DNA of 60,895 nucleotides from assembly GCA_030527365.1 (NCBI GenBank), contig JAUNAX010000001.1, positions 1 through 60,895 of the forward strand. Reading direction: 5' to 3'. The position numbers were made by a program, and so were the translations under genes. Of this stretch, positions 1 through 10,910 are shown piece after piece. The notes beneath the pieces are model-generated. The model worked only from the letters and a program-made list of their open reading frames with translations, was not told the DNA's origin and did not search any database. The DNA comes from Eubacteriales bacterium. Its GTDB lineage: Bacteria > Bacillota > Clostridia > Lachnospirales > Lachnospiraceae. The first letter of the stretch is position 1. Each line of letters begins with the position of its first letter.

Positions 1-29
1 TGAATGGATAAAGCGAGGGGAACATTACG

Positions 30-1082
30 ATGTCAAAATTTTTAAAATTTATTGTGCACTTTGTCGTAATCTGTACGATTGTATGTGCTGCCGGTTTAAT
101 CCTGCCGCCATTTTTCGGAGTGACTACGGAAATTATGACGGATTCCAGGGAGGATACCAATCTTCCGATAGGTTCTGTTACATATGCAATACCAGTTAAG
201 GCAACAGATATTTACGTGGGAGATCCAATCCTTGTTCATGAGGATTCTAAAATCTACCGCTACAGTGTGCAGGCACTTGATCTTGAAAACGGAACAGGAA
301 CGGTAGTAGATCCGTCTGTTACAAATGGGGAAACCATTACTGTAGCAATTAAGGAATACGTTCCGAAGGTTGTTTTTACATTAAGCGGCGTAGGATACCT
401 TTATGTGGCTACGCAGAGCACAGAAGGAAAGATCATTCTGGGACTTGCTGTGCTGTTCCTGATCATTCTCTATATAATTGCGGAACTTTGGGAAAAAGAT
501 CCGAAGGAAGAAGAGGAAGAAAATGTGAATTCTTCCAGCGCTTACGTGAAGTCCAAAAAGGAGCTGAAGCGTGAAGAAAAAGAACGCGCGAGAATGCTGA
601 AGGAAGAAGAGCGGGAAATCCGCAGTGAAAATAAGGGAAAGAAGAAAAAGAAAAAAGCAGAGAAGCGTATGATACGCACCGGCGGTTTTGTGGACGAAAT
701 CGAGGAAGAAGATGACGAGTATACAGAAGAGCCTGCAAGACCTGCTTTCATACAGAGCGCAGCCAGTGAAGCGCATGAGGTTCTGAAAAAAGAGATTGCA
801 GCAGCTACTTCAGAAGAACCGGATCCCACAGAGAAATTAAGAGAAATGTTGGGAGAGAAGGTTAAAGAGGAACCTGCACAGAAAGAGGGCGCTGAAGATG
901 AAAACAGGGATAGCAATATTCCTGTAAGGAAAATGGCGATTCCTCAGTGGAGTGTTTCACAGCTTGCCAATCGCGCCAAAGCAGCAGGAGATTCTCCGGA
1001 AATTATAAAAGATGATATTACAGAAGTTACTTTGTTTGACTATTCCGATATTGTCGGAGAAGACGGAGAGGAAGAAGAATAA
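30..1082 (+). CDS. Membrane protein with degenerate SipW/S26-type signal peptidase-like domain and long charged C-terminal tail
   Basis: Two hydrophobic segments flank a domain resembling SipW boxes (LPIGSVTY, DIYVGDPI, PKVVFTLSGVGYL). Catalytic SGSM and THR motifs are not intact. RBS AGGGGA. Confidence 0.5.
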   Translation: MSKFLKFIVHFVVICTIVCAAGLILPPFFGVTTEIMTDSREDTNLPIGSVTYAIPVKATDIYVGDPILVHEDSKIYRYSVQALDLENGTGTVVDPSVTNGETITVAIKEYVPKVVFTLSGVGYLYVATQSTEGKIILGLAVLFLIILYIIAELWEKDPKEEEEENVNSSSAYVKSKKELKREEKERARMLKEEEREIRSENKGKKKKKKAEKRMIRTGGFVDEIEEEDDEYTEEPARPAFIQSAASEAHEVLKKEIAAATSEEPDPTEKLREMLGEKVKEEPAQKEGAEDENRDSNIPVRKMAIPQWSVSQLANRAKAAGDSPEIIKDDITEVTLFDYSDIVGEDGEEEE

Positions 1083-1088
1083 GAGAAC

Positions 1089-1120
1089 AACGGACTGTGG
1101 TTTGCAGTCCGTTTTCTTTT
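1089..1120 (+). terminator. Intrinsic terminator
   Basis: AACGGACTG...CAGTCCGTT stem followed by TTCTTTT. Confidence 0.8.
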
Positions 1121-1179
1121 GGCAAAAATTCGGCAGAAAAAGTTTTTGTCAAAAAAATTAAAAAAAATAAAAAAAATGC

Positions 1180-1208
1180 TTGCATTTGGTAAAAGCTTCG
1201 TGTATACT
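1180..1208 (+). promoter_or_regulatory. sigmaA promoter of S10 operon with A-rich UP element
   Basis: TTGCAT-17bp-TATACT preceded by A tracts at 1151-1176. Confidence 0.8.
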
Positions 1209-1218
1209 CATAACTGTT

Positions 1219-1310
1219 GTGACATGATAGCAATGAAGCGCGAGGTTGCTGCTTGAAAAGCAGGTTTTCCGTGGAGCGAATGTCAAGTTAGAAAACTGAC
1301 GACAAGTCAC
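1219..1310 (+). ncRNA. Structured rpsJ leader (probable S10-Clostridia-type ribosomal protein leader)
   Basis: GTGAC(1219)...GTCAC(1310) closing stem with internal hairpins CTGCTT-GAA-AAGCAG and GTCAAGTT-AGAA-AACTGAC, inside a ~220-nt 5' UTR of rpsJ. Confidence 0.6.
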
Positions 1311-1436
1311 TGTACAAGTTCAGAAACCATCAGAGGGATGGGACGCGTAGAAGAGAGATAAAGACACGCGTGGAGATGTGTACAGTCGCCGCTTGTCGTA
1401 CTGCTATAAGAGTACGAATAGGAGGAGACTTTTTTT

Positions 1437-1754
1437 ATGGCAAATCAGGTAATGAGAATCACATTAAAGGCATATGACCATCAGTTAGTAGATGCGTCTG
1501 CAGCAAAAATCATCGAGACTGTTAAGAAGAACGGCGCAATGGTAAGCGGTCCGGTTCCGCTTCCAACAAAGAAAGAAGTTGTTACAATCTTAAGAGCGGT
1601 TCACAAATACAAAGATTCCAGAGAGCAGTTCGAGCAGAGAACACACAAGAGACTCATCGACATCCTGACACCGACACAGAAGACAGTAGATGCACTGTCC
1701 AGACTGGAAATGCCGGCAGGAGTTCATATTGACATCAAGATGAAAACAAAATAA
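1437..1754 (+). CDS. rpsJ: 30S ribosomal protein S10
   Basis: [27 protein letters not shown] motifs. Confidence 0.99.
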   Translation: MANQVMRITLKAYDHQLVDASAAKIIETVKKNGAMVSGPVPLPTKKEVVTILRAVHKYKDSREQFEQRTHKRLIDILTPTQKTVDALSRLEMPAGVHIDIKMKTK

Positions 1755-1845
1755 TCATCTGGTGATTCCAAGGTTAATGCGTAAGCATTTATGCTATTTA
1801 CTATATGATTACCGAAATGGTAATCCGCTATAAGGAGGAAAAACA

Positions 1846-2478
1846 ATGAAGAAAGCTATTTTAGCTACTAAAGTCGGAATGACTCAAATCTTCAACGAAG
1901 ACGGAACACTGATTCCGGTAACCGTTTTACAGGCAGGTCCATGTGTCGTAACTCAGGTTAAGACAGAAGAAAATGATGGATATGCAGCAGTTCAGGTTGG
2001 CTTCGGCGACATCAGAGAAAAACTGGTGAACAAACCGGAAAAAGGCCACTTAGAAAAAGCAGGCGTTGATCTTAAGAGATTCTTAAAAGAGTTCAGATTT
2101 GAAAACGCAGGCGAATATGAAGTAGGACAGGAAATTAAGGCTGACATCTTTGAGGCAGGAGATCACATCGATGCAACTGCAATCTCCAAAGGTAAAGGCT
2201 TCCAGGGCGCTATCAAGAGACACGGACAGTCCAGAGGACCTATGGCTCACGGTTCCAAATACCACCGTCATGCAGGTTCCAATGGTTCCGCATCTGACCC
2301 AAGTAAAGTATTCAAAGGCAAAAAAATGCCGGGACAGATGGGACATGTTCAGGTAACTGTACAGAATCTTGAAGTAGTACGCGTAGATACAGAGAATAAC
2401 TTACTGTTAGTTAAAGGTGCTGTTCCAGGACCTAAGAAATCTTTGGTTACTATCAAAGAGACAGTAAAGTCCTTATAA
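1846..2478 (+). CDS. rplC: 50S ribosomal protein L3
   Basis: [24 protein letters not shown]; operon position. Confidence 0.99.
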   Translation: MKKAILATKVGMTQIFNEDGTLIPVTVLQAGPCVVTQVKTEENDGYAAVQVGFGDIREKLVNKPEKGHLEKAGVDLKRFLKEFRFENAGEYEVGQEIKADIFEAGDHIDATAISKGKGFQGAIKRHGQSRGPMAHGSKYHRHAGSNGSASDPSKVFKGKKMPGQMGHVQVTVQNLEVVRVDTENNLLLVKGAVPGPKKSLVTIKETVKSL

Positions 2479-2499
2479 TGAGAAAGGAGGAGCATCAGA

Positions 2500-3120
2500 A
2501 TGGCAAACGTAACTGTTTATAATATGGAAGGCAATGAAGTTGGAACAATGGAGCTGAACGACGCAGTGTTCGGTGTAGAGATCAACGAGCATCTTGTTCA
2601 TCTTGCAGTTGTTCGTCAGCTTGCAAATAAACGCCAGGGTACTCAGAAAGCTAAAACTCGTTCTGAAGTAAGCGGCGGCGGAAGAAAACCGTGGAGACAG
2701 AAAGGAACAGGTCATGCTAGACAGGGTTCCATCCGTGCACCACAGTGGACAGGCGGCGGTATTGTATTCGCTCCGTCACCAAGAGATTACGAAGTGAAAA
2801 TGAACAAGAAAGAAAGAAGAGCTGCTTTAAAATCTGCTCTGACTTCCAAAGTTCAGGAAAATAAATTAGTAGTAGTTGACAGCCTTGCACTTGCAGAGGT
2901 AAAAACAAAAGAGATGCAGAAGGTTCTTACAAACCTGAAAGCAGAGAAAGCTCTTGTAATCACAGCAACAGATGACAAGAACGTAATTCTTTCCGCAAGA
3001 AACATTGAAAATGTAGAGACTGCAACTCCAAACACAATCAACGTATACGATGTTATGAAACATAACACAGTTGTTGTAACCAAAGATGCTGTAGCATCCA
3101 TCGAGGAGGTGTACGCATAA
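2500..3120 (+). CDS. rplD: 50S ribosomal protein L4
   Basis: [19 protein letters not shown]. Confidence 0.99.
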   Translation: MANVTVYNMEGNEVGTMELNDAVFGVEINEHLVHLAVVRQLANKRQGTQKAKTRSEVSGGGRKPWRQKGTGHARQGSIRAPQWTGGGIVFAPSPRDYEVKMNKKERRAALKSALTSKVQENKLVVVDSLALAEVKTKEMQKVLTNLKAEKALVITATDDKNVILSARNIENVETATPNTINVYDVMKHNTVVVTKDAVASIEEVYA

Positions 3121-3419
3121 TGGCTAACATTCAGTATTATGACGTAATCAAAAAACCAGTGATTACTGAAAAATCTATGAACGCTATGGGTGAGAAGAAA
3201 TACACTTTCCTTGTTCATCCGGAAGCAAATAAAACACAGATTAAAGAAGCTGTTGAGAAAATGTTCGAAGGAACAAAAGTAAAAAGCGTAAATACCATGA
3301 ATTTAGATGGTAAGAAAAAACGCCGTGGAATGGTAGTTGGAAAAACTGCTAAATCCAAGAAAGCTATTGTAGCTCTTACAGAGGACAGCAAAGACATCGA
3401 GATTTTCGAGGGACTTTAA
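3120..3419 (+). CDS. rplW: 50S ribosomal protein L23
   Basis: [23 protein letters not shown]. Confidence 0.99.
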   Translation: MANIQYYDVIKKPVITEKSMNAMGEKKYTFLVHPEANKTQIKEAVEKMFEGTKVKSVNTMNLDGKKKRRGMVVGKTAKSKKAIVALTEDSKDIEIFEGL

Positions 3420-3480
3420 TAAGCAATAGCAATTATACGCAGTCAAAAGCGTGATGACAAAGATTGAAAGGAGAACAACA

Positions 3481-4326
3481 ATGGGAATCAAAACCTATAA
3501 CCCATATACACCGTCAAGAAGACATATGACTGGTTCTGACTTCTCTGAGATCACAACAAGCACTCCAGAGAAATCCTTAGTAGTGTCTTTAAAGAAAAAT
3601 GCCGGACGTAATAATCAGGGTAAAATCACAGTAAGACACCGCGGAGGCGGAAGCAGAAGAAAATACAGAATCATCGACTTCAAGAGAAGAAAAGATGGAA
3701 TTCCTGCAACAGTAGCAACAATCGAGTACGATCCGAACAGAACAGCAAATATTGCACTTATCAACTATGCAGATGGTGAGAAAGCATATATCCTTGCTCC
3801 GGAAGGCTTAAAAGTAGGTCAGAAGGTTATGAACGGACCGGAAGCAGAGGTTCGTGTAGGTAACTGCCTTCCTCTGGAAATGATCCCGGTTGGTACTATG
3901 ATTCACAATATCGAGCTTCACCCAGGAAAGGGCGGACAGATGGTTCGTTCTGCTGGAAACGGCGCTCAGTTAATGGCTAAAGAAGGCAAATACGCAACAC
4001 TGCGTCTGCCATCTGGTGAAATGAGAATGGTTCCGATCGTATGCCGTGCTTCTATCGGCGTTGTCGGAAACGGAGATCACAACCTGATTAACATCGGTAA
4101 AGCTGGACGTAAGCGCAACATGGGTATCAGACCTACAGTTCGCGGTTCCGTAATGAACCCGAATGACCATCCACATGGTGGTGGTGAAGGAAAGACCGGT
4201 ATCGGTCGTCCAGGTCCATGTACACCGTGGGGCAAACCTGCTCTTGGTCTGAAGACCAGAAAGAAAAACAAACAGTCCAACAAGCTCATCGTAAGAAGAC
4301 GCGATGGAAAAGCTTTAGCGAAATAA
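3481..4326 (+). CDS. rplB: 50S ribosomal protein L2
   Basis: [22 protein letters not shown]; start moved to ATG 3481 after AAGGAG. Confidence 0.99.
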   Translation: MGIKTYNPYTPSRRHMTGSDFSEITTSTPEKSLVVSLKKNAGRNNQGKITVRHRGGGSRRKYRIIDFKRRKDGIPATVATIEYDPNRTANIALINYADGEKAYILAPEGLKVGQKVMNGPEAEVRVGNCLPLEMIPVGTMIHNIELHPGKGGQMVRSAGNGAQLMAKEGKYATLRLPSGEMRMVPIVCRASIGVVGNGDHNLINIGKAGRKRNMGIRPTVRGSVMNPNDHPHGGGEGKTGIGRPGPCTPWGKPALGLKTRKKNKQSNKLIVRRRDGKALAK

Positions 4327-4341
4327 TAAGGAGGATAAAGC

Positions 4342-4623
4342 ATGTCTCGTTCACTGAAAAAAGGACCTTTTGCAGATGAGAGCTTACTGAAAAAAGTAGA
4401 TGCATTAAATGCTGCAAACGACAAATCCGTTATCAAAACATGGTCACGTCGTTCTACTATCTTCCCGTCCTTCGTAGGACATACAATTGCTGTCCATGAC
4501 GGAAGAAAACACGTGCCGGTATATATTACAGAAGACATGGTTGGACACAAACTTGGTGAGTTTGTTGCAACCAGAACATACAGAGGACACGGAAAAGACG
4601 AAAAGAAATCCGGCGTTCGCTAA
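4342..4623 (+). CDS. rpsS: 30S ribosomal protein S19
   Basis: [17 protein letters not shown]. Confidence 0.99.
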   Translation: MSRSLKKGPFADESLLKKVDALNAANDKSVIKTWSRRSTIFPSFVGHTIAVHDGRKHVPVYITEDMVGHKLGEFVATRTYRGHGKDEKKSGVR

Positions 4624-4711
4624 TTATCAGAAAAGAACAGCCGCCTGGCTGCAGCTTGTAGCCAGGGGTTTCCATTAAAGATTCGAATATGACGAAAGGA
4701 GGCACTTTAAA

Positions 4712-5101
4712 ATGGCAAAGGGACATAGAAGCCAGATAAAGAGAGCCAGAAATGAGAATAATAGAGAGACAAGACCGTCTGCAAAATTATCTTATGCAAG
4801 AATTTCTGTTCAGAAAGCCTGCTACGTATTAGATGTAATCCGTGGCAAAGATGTGCAGACAGCACTTGGTATCCTGACATACAACCCAAGATACGCTTCC
4901 AGCGTGCTTAAGAAGTTACTGGAATCAGCAATCGCAAATGCTGAGAACAACAACGGAATGAACGCAGACAACCTCTACATTGCAGCCTGCTACGCAGATA
5001 AAGGACCTACAATGAAGAGAATTCAGCCAAGAGCACAGGGTAGAGCTTACAGAATCGAGAAGAGAACAAGCCATATCACCATCGTGCTGGATGAAAGATA
5101 A
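4712..5101 (+). CDS. rplV: 50S ribosomal protein L22 (N-terminally extended)
   Basis: [22 protein letters not shown]. Confidence 0.98.
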   Translation: MAKGHRSQIKRARNENNRETRPSAKLSYARISVQKACYVLDVIRGKDVQTALGILTYNPRYASSVLKKLLESAIANAENNNGMNADNLYIAACYADKGPTMKRIQPRAQGRAYRIEKRTSHITIVLDER

Positions 5102-5112
5102 GGAGGAAAATC

Positions 5113-5769
5113 ATGGGACAGAAAGTTAACCCACATGGCCTTAGAGTCGGTGTTATCAAAGATTGGGATTCTAGATGGTATGCAGAAGACAACTTTGCAG
5201 ACTTCTTAGTAGAAGATTACAACATCAGAACATTCCTGAAAAAGAAATTATACAGCGCAGGTGTTTCCAAGATTGAAATCGAGAGAGCATCTGACAGAGT
5301 AAAAATCATCATCTACACAGCAAAACCTGGTATCGTAATCGGTAAAGGCGGAGCTGAGATTGAGAAAGTAAAAGCTGAATTACAGAAATACACAGACAAA
5401 AAAGTCATTGTTGACATTAAAGAAGTAAAAAGACCAGACAGAGATGCACAGTTAGTTGCTGAGAATATTGCATTACAGTTAGAGAACCGTATTTCCTTCC
5501 GTCGTGCAATGAAATCTACAATGCAGAGAACTATGAAAGCCGGAGCAAAAGGTATCAAAACATCTGTATCCGGACGTCTTGGCGGTGCTGATATGGCTCG
5601 TACAGAGTTCTACAGCGAAGGAACAATCCCGCTTCAGACACTTCGTGCAGACATCGACTACGGCTTCGCAGAAGCAGACACAACATACGGCAAAGTTGGC
5701 GTAAAAGCTTGGGTCTACAACGGTGAAGTACTTCCAACAAAAGGAACTAAGGAAGGGAGCGATAAATAA
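5113..5769 (+). CDS. rpsC: 30S ribosomal protein S3
   Basis: [22 protein letters not shown]. Confidence 0.99.
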   Translation: MGQKVNPHGLRVGVIKDWDSRWYAEDNFADFLVEDYNIRTFLKKKLYSAGVSKIEIERASDRVKIIIYTAKPGIVIGKGGAEIEKVKAELQKYTDKKVIVDIKEVKRPDRDAQLVAENIALQLENRISFRRAMKSTMQRTMKAGAKGIKTSVSGRLGGADMARTEFYSEGTIPLQTLRADIDYGFAEADTTYGKVGVKAWVYNGEVLPTKGTKEGSDK

Positions 5770-6206
5770 TGTTAATGCCAAAAAGAGTAAAACGTCGTAA
5801 ACAATTCCGTGGCTCCATGAGAGGTAAAGCCCTGAGAGGTAACAAAATCAATTATGGTGAATTCGGTCTTGTTGCTACCGAACCTTGTTGGATTCGTTCC
5901 AACCAGATTGAAGCAGCCCGTGTTGCTATGACCCGTTACATTAAACGTGGCGGTAAGGTTTGGATTAAGATTTTCCCAGATAAACCAGTAACAGCAAAAC
6001 CAGCAGAAACACGTATGGGTTCCGGTAAAGGTTCCCTGGAGTACTGGGTAGCAGTTGTAAAACCAGGTCGCGTAATGTTCGAGATCGCAGGCGTTTCCGA
6101 GGAAGTTGCTCGTGAAGCATTACGTCTTGCTATGCACAAGTTACCATGTAAATGTAAAATCGTTTCTCGTGCAGACTTAGAAGGCGGTGATAACAGTGAA
6201 AATTAA
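5769..6206 (+). CDS. rplP: 50S ribosomal protein L16
   Basis: MLMPKR, RMGSGKG. Confidence 0.99.
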   Translation: MLMPKRVKRRKQFRGSMRGKALRGNKINYGEFGLVATEPCWIRSNQIEAARVAMTRYIKRGGKVWIKIFPDKPVTAKPAETRMGSGKGSLEYWVAVVKPGRVMFEIAGVSEEVAREALRLAMHKLPCKCKIVSRADLEGGDNSEN

Positions 6207-6405
6207 TAAATTCGTAGAAGATTTAAGAGCAAAATCAGCTGCAGAATTGAATGAAGAATTAGTAGCTGCTAAAAAAGAACTTTTCAATCTGAGATTTCAG
6301 AATGCAACCAATCAATTAGACAATACAGGACGAATCAAAGAGGTTCGCAAGAATATTGCCAGAATCCAGACAGTAATCACTGAGCAGGCTAACGCTTCCA
6401 AATAG
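6196..6405 (+). CDS. rpmC: 50S ribosomal protein L29
   Basis: [19 protein letters not shown]; GTG start at 6196 preferred from RBS spacing. Confidence 0.97.
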   Translation: MKINKFVEDLRAKSAAELNEELVAAKKELFNLRFQNATNQLDNTGRIKEVRKNIARIQTVITEQANASK

Positions 6406-6426
6406 TGAATATAGGAGGAAACAATC

Positions 6427-6681
6427 GTGGAAAGAAATCTGAGAAAAACCCGTGTGGGCAAGGTTGTCAGCAACAAGATGGACAAGACCATCGTGGTTGC
6501 AATTGAAGACCATGTAAAACATCCTCTTTACAAAAAAATCGTGAAGAGAACATATAAATTAAAAGCTCATGATGAAAAGAATGAGTGCAATATCGGTGAT
6601 ACCGTAAAAGTTATGGAGACCAGACCGTTATCCAAGGATAAAAGATGGAGACTGGTTGAAATTGTAGAGAAAGTGAAATAA
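6427..6681 (+). CDS. rpsQ: 30S ribosomal protein S17
   Basis: [18 protein letters not shown]. Confidence 0.99.
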   Translation: MERNLRKTRVGKVVSNKMDKTIVVAIEDHVKHPLYKKIVKRTYKLKAHDEKNECNIGDTVKVMETRPLSKDKRWRLVEIVEKVK

Positions 6682-6694
6682 GGAGGAAACCAGT

Positions 6695-7063
6695 ATGATT
6701 CAGCAGGAAACTAGACTGAAAGTTGCCGACAACACTGGTGCAAAAGAAATCCTTTGTATTCGTGTTATGGGCGGCTCTACAAGAAGATATGCAAACATCG
6801 GCGACACAATCGTTGCTTCCGTTAAAGATGCAACACCAGGCGGTGTTGTTAAAAAAGGTGACGTTGTAAAAGCTGTTGTTGTTAGAACAAAAAAAGGCGC
6901 TCGTCGTAAAGACGGTTCTTACATCCGTTTCGATGAAAACGCTGCCGTAATCATTAAAGACGACTTAACTCCGAGAGGAACACGTATCTTTGGACCAGTT
7001 GCCAGAGAGCTTCGTGACAAAAAATTCATGAAGATCGTTTCCTTAGCTCCGGAAGTATTATAG
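6695..7063 (+). CDS. rplN: 50S ribosomal protein L14
   Basis: [17 protein letters not shown]. Confidence 0.99.
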   Translation: MIQQETRLKVADNTGAKEILCIRVMGGSTRRYANIGDTIVASVKDATPGGVVKKGDVVKAVVVRTKKGARRKDGSYIRFDENAAVIIKDDLTPRGTRIFGPVARELRDKKFMKIVSLAPEVL

Positions 7064-7074
7064 GAGGGTGTCTA

Positions 7075-7386
7075 ATGTCAGCTATGAAGATTAAAAAAGG
7101 TGATACTGTTAAAGTAATCGCTGGTAAAGATAAAGGCAAAGAAGGTAAAGTTCTTGCCGTTAATGTAAAAGACAATACTGTATTAGTTGAAAACGTAAAC
7201 ATGGTGACCAAACACAGCAAACCGTCTATGGCAAACCAGAACGGTGGAATCATCAATAAAGAAGCTCCGCTTCATATCTCCAACGTAATGCTGGTTGTAG
7301 ATGGAAAAGCTACAAGAGTTGGTTTCCAGATGGATGGAGACAAAAAAGTCCGTGTTGCAAAAGCAACTGGAAAAGTTATCGATTAA
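7075..7386 (+). CDS. rplX: 50S ribosomal protein L24
   Basis: [21 protein letters not shown] motif. Confidence 0.99.
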   Translation: MSAMKIKKGDTVKVIAGKDKGKEGKVLAVNVKDNTVLVENVNMVTKHSKPSMANQNGGIINKEAPLHISNVMLVVDGKATRVGFQMDGDKKVRVAKATGKVID

Positions 7387-7407
7387 TTGAGAGAGGAGGC
7401 ATGACAG

Positions 7408-7947
7408 GTGAGTAGATTAAAAGAGCTTTACAAAAATGAGATCATGGATGCCATGACTAAGAAATTCGGATACAAAAACGTTATGGAAGTGCCAAAACTC
7501 GAGAAAATCGTTGTAAACATGGGTGTTGGTGAAGCTAAAGAAAATGCAAAACTTCTTGATGCAGCTATCGCTGATATGGAGCTGATCACAGGACAGAAAG
7601 CAGTTTCTACAAAAGCAAAAAAATCTGTAGCGAACTTTAAGATCAGAGAGGGAATGCCGATCGGATGTAAAGTTACATTAAGAGGAGACAAAATGTACGA
7701 GTTTGCTGATCGTCTGATCAACCTTGCACTTCCTCGTGTACGTGACTTCCGCGGTGTAAACCCGAACGCATTTGACGGCAGAGGAAACTACGCTCTTGGT
7801 ATCAAAGAGCAGTTAATCTTCCCGGAAGTTGAATACGACAAAGTAGATAAAGTAAGAGGTATGGACATCATCTTCGTTACAACTGCGAAAACAGATGAAG
7901 AAGCACGTGAATTACTGACATTATTCAACATGCCATTTGCAAAATAA
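7408..7947 (+). CDS. rplE: 50S ribosomal protein L5
   Basis: [16 protein letters not shown]. Confidence 0.99.
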   Translation: MSRLKELYKNEIMDAMTKKFGYKNVMEVPKLEKIVVNMGVGEAKENAKLLDAAIADMELITGQKAVSTKAKKSVANFKIREGMPIGCKVTLRGDKMYEFADRLINLALPRVRDFRGVNPNAFDGRGNYALGIKEQLIFPEVEYDKVDKVRGMDIIFVTTAKTDEEARELLTLFNMPFAK

Positions 7948-8020
7948 TATACCCTCTGGGTGTACCATGATGACCGCCGGCGAAAGCCGGGGTCTGCAAA
8001 TCTGATAGGAGGAACGATTC

Positions 8021-8206
8021 ATGGCTAAAACAGCAATGAAAATCAAACAGCAGCGCAAACAGAAATTCTCCACAAGAGAATACAATCGCTGCAGAATTTG
8101 TGGCCGTCCACATTCATATTTAAGAAAATACGGAATCTGCAGAATCTGCTTCCGTGAATTAGCTTACAAAGGACAGATTCCGGGAGTTAAAAAAGCTTCC
8201 TGGTAA
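8021..8206 (+). CDS. rpsZ: 30S ribosomal protein S14 type Z (Zn-binding)
   Basis: 61 aa; CRIC...CRIC zinc knuckles; IPGVKKASW. Confidence 0.98.
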   Translation: MAKTAMKIKQQRKQKFSTREYNRCRICGRPHSYLRKYGICRICFRELAYKGQIPGVKKASW

Positions 8207-8260
8207 TCAATAGACAATCATGTAAAGTCTGAAAAGAGAGAAAATAAGGAGGAAACTAAC

Positions 8261-8662
8261 ATGACAATGAGCGATCCGATTGCAGATATGCTTACAAGAA
8301 TCCGTAATGCAAACACTGCAAAACACGACACAGTAGATGTTCCGGCATCTAAAATGAAAATTGCAATTGCAAACATTCTTCTTGACGAGGGATATATTGC
8401 AAAATACGATTTAGTAGAAGATGGTGTATTCAAAACCATTCATATTACTCTGAAATACGGCGAGAACAAAAATGAGAAAATCATTACAGGACTGAAGAGA
8501 ATTTCCAAACCAGGTCTTCGTATCTACGTTGGAAAAGACGAGCTTCCTAAAGTTCTCGGTGGACTGGGAATCGCAATTCTTTCCACAAACAAAGGTGTTA
8601 TCACAGATAAAGAAGCACGTAAAGAAAAAGTTGGCGGTGAAGTATTAGCTTTCGTATGGTAA
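8261..8662 (+). CDS. rpsH: 30S ribosomal protein S8
   Basis: [18 protein letters not shown]. Confidence 0.99.
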   Translation: MTMSDPIADMLTRIRNANTAKHDTVDVPASKMKIAIANILLDEGYIAKYDLVEDGVFKTIHITLKYGENKNEKIITGLKRISKPGLRIYVGKDELPKVLGGLGIAILSTNKGVITDKEARKEKVGGEVLAFVW

Positions 8663-8754
8663 TTTGACCACCGAAAATATACTCGTCACAAAAGAGACTG
8701 AAAACAGAGAGAAATCTTTCTCTCCGATAATTTAAGTAATAGGAGGACAATTTT

Positions 8755-9294
8755 ATGTCACGTATCGGTAGACTTCCAGTTGCAATTCCTGCTGGCGTTG
8801 AAGTAAAAGTAGCAGACGGAAACGTTGTAACTGTAAAAGGACCAAAAGGAACACTTGAAAGAGCGCTTCCAGTTGAAATGGAAATCAAAGTAGAAGATGG
8901 TCAGGTAGTAGTTACAAGACCAAACGACTTAAAAAGAATGAAATCTCTTCACGGTTTAACAAGAAGCCTTATCCACAACATGGTGGTAGGTGTAAGCGAG
9001 GGCTACACAAAGACTCTTGAAGTAAACGGTGTAGGTTATAAAGCAGCAAAACAGGGTAAGAAGCTTGTTCTTAACCTGGGATATTCTCACCCGGTTGAAA
9101 TGGAAGATCCGGAAGGTCTGGAATCCAAAGTAGATGGAAACAAGATTATCGTTTCCGGTATCAGCAAAGAAAAAGTTGGCCAGTTTGCAGCCGAAATCAG
9201 AGATAAGAGAAGACCTGAGCCATACAAAGGCAAAGGTATCAAATATGCTGATGAGGTTATCAGACGTAAAGTTGGTAAGACTGGTAAGAAATAA
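8755..9294 (+). CDS. rplF: 50S ribosomal protein L6
   Basis: [14 protein letters not shown]. Confidence 0.99.
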   Translation: MSRIGRLPVAIPAGVEVKVADGNVVTVKGPKGTLERALPVEMEIKVEDGQVVVTRPNDLKRMKSLHGLTRSLIHNMVVGVSEGYTKTLEVNGVGYKAAKQGKKLVLNLGYSHPVEMEDPEGLESKVDGNKIIVSGISKEKVGQFAAEIRDKRRPEPYKGKGIKYADEVIRRKVGKTGKK

Positions 9295-9311
9295 TTAAGG
9301 AGAGTGAGAAC

Positions 9312-9680
9312 ATGATAAAGAAAGCATCTAGGGCGGAAATTCGTCAGAATAAGCATAGAAGATTACGTCATCATTTAAACGGCACTGCAACAACACCACG
9401 TCTTGCAGTATTTCGTTCCAACAAGCATATGTATGCTCAGATTATTGATGACACCGTTGGTAAGACTTTAGTATCTGCTTCTACTCTTCAGAAAGAAGTA
9501 AACGCAGAATTAGAGCACACAAACGACGTAGCAGCAGCAGCACACTTAGGAACCGTAATCGGTAAAAAAGCAGTAGAAGCAGGAATCGAAAGCGTTGTTT
9601 TCGACAGAGGCGGATACATTTACCACGGTAAAGTGAAAGCATTAGCAGACGCAGCTAGAGAAGCTGGACTGAAATTCTAA
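9312..9680 (+). CDS. rplR: 50S ribosomal protein L18
   Basis: [17 protein letters not shown]. Confidence 0.99.
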   Translation: MIKKASRAEIRQNKHRRLRHHLNGTATTPRLAVFRSNKHMYAQIIDDTVGKTLVSASTLQKEVNAELEHTNDVAAAAHLGTVIGKKAVEAGIESVVFDRGGYIYHGKVKALADAAREAGLKF

Positions 9681-9700
9681 GAGAGGGAGGAAAAGAACAC

Positions 9701-10210
9701 ATGAAACGTAATCTTATTGATGCTAGTCAGTTAGAGTTAGAAGATAAAGTAGTATCAATCAAGCGTGTTACCAAGGTTGTTAAAGGTGGTCGTAACTTCC
9801 GTTTCACAGCTTTAGTTGTAGTAGGCGACGGCAACGGACACGTTGGTGCAGGTTTAGGTAAAGCAGCCGAAATTCCGGAAGCAATCCGCAAAGGAAAAGA
9901 GGATGCAATGAAGAACTTAGTTACAGTTGCAAGAGATGCGAACAATTCCATCACTCATGACTTTGTAGGAAAATACGGAAGCGCAGAAATGCTTCTGAAG
10001 AGAGCTCCGGAAGGTACTGGTGTTATCGCTGGTGGTCCGGCTCGTGCAGTCGTAGAGTTAGCAGGTATCAAAAACATCCGTGCAAAATGTATGGGTTCCA
10101 GAAACAAACAGAACGTTGTTCTGGCTACCATCGAAGGCCTGAGACAGTTAAAGACTCCGGAAGAAGTTGCAAAACTTCGCGGAAAGTCTGTTGATGAGAT
10201 TCTGGCTTAA
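9701..10210 (+). CDS. rpsE: 30S ribosomal protein S5
   Basis: [18 protein letters not shown]. Confidence 0.99.
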   Translation: MKRNLIDASQLELEDKVVSIKRVTKVVKGGRNFRFTALVVVGDGNGHVGAGLGKAAEIPEAIRKGKEDAMKNLVTVARDANNSITHDFVGKYGSAEMLLKRAPEGTGVIAGGPARAVVELAGIKNIRAKCMGSRNKQNVVLATIEGLRQLKTPEEVAKLRGKSVDEILA

Positions 10211-10223
10211 GGAGGAAATGAAA

Positions 10224-10406
10224 ATGGCAGACACATTAAAAGTTACATTAGTAAAATCTCCGATTGGCGCAGTTCCGAAGCACAGAAAAACAGTTGAGGC
10301 TATGGGTCTTACCAAAATGCACAAAACAGTTGAAATGCCGGATAACGCAGCAACAAGAGGAATGATTCAGCAGGTTAAGCACCTGGTAAAAGTAGAAGAA
10401 GCATAA
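10224..10406 (+). CDS. rpmD: 50S ribosomal protein L30
   Basis: KVTLVKSPIG, RGMI..VKHLV; ATG 10224 after GGAGG. Confidence 0.98.
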   Translation: MADTLKVTLVKSPIGAVPKHRKTVEAMGLTKMHKTVEMPDNAATRGMIQQVKHLVKVEEA

Positions 10407-10469
10407 TTGCTTCTTCTGCAATAAAAAGAAAAATAACATAAGCTTTGAAAAATAAAAGGAGGTGCCAAA

Positions 10470-10910
10470 ATGGAATTATCAAATTTAAGACCAGCAGAAG
10501 GTTCTAAACACAGCGATAACTTCAGAAGAGGCCGTGGACATGGTTCTGGAAACGGAAAAACAGCCGGTAAAGGACACAAAGGACAGTTAGCTCGTTCCGG
10601 ACACAAAAAACCAGGATTTGAAGGCGGACAGATGCCTTTATACAGACGTCTTCCAAAGAGAGGCTTTACAAATAGAAATTCTAAAGAAATCATCGCAATC
10701 AACGTAGATGTACTGAACCGTTTTGAAGATGGTGCAGAAGTAACAGTTGAAAGCTTACTTGCAAGCGGTGCAATTTCCAAAGCAGGTGACGGTGTTAAGA
10801 TTCTCGGAAACGGTGAGCTTACAAAGAAACTCAACGTAAAAGTGAACGCTGTCAGCGAAACTGCAAAAACAAAAATTGAAGCAGCAGGTGGAACAGTAGA
10901 GGTGATCTAA
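10470..10910 (+). CDS. rplO: 50S ribosomal protein L15
   Basis: [24 protein letters not shown]. Confidence 0.99.
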   Translation: MELSNLRPAEGSKHSDNFRRGRGHGSGNGKTAGKGHKGQLARSGHKKPGFEGGQMPLYRRLPKRGFTNRNSKEIIAINVDVLNRFEDGAEVTVESLLASGAISKAGDGVKILGNGELTKKLNVKVNAVSETAKTKIEAAGGTVEVI

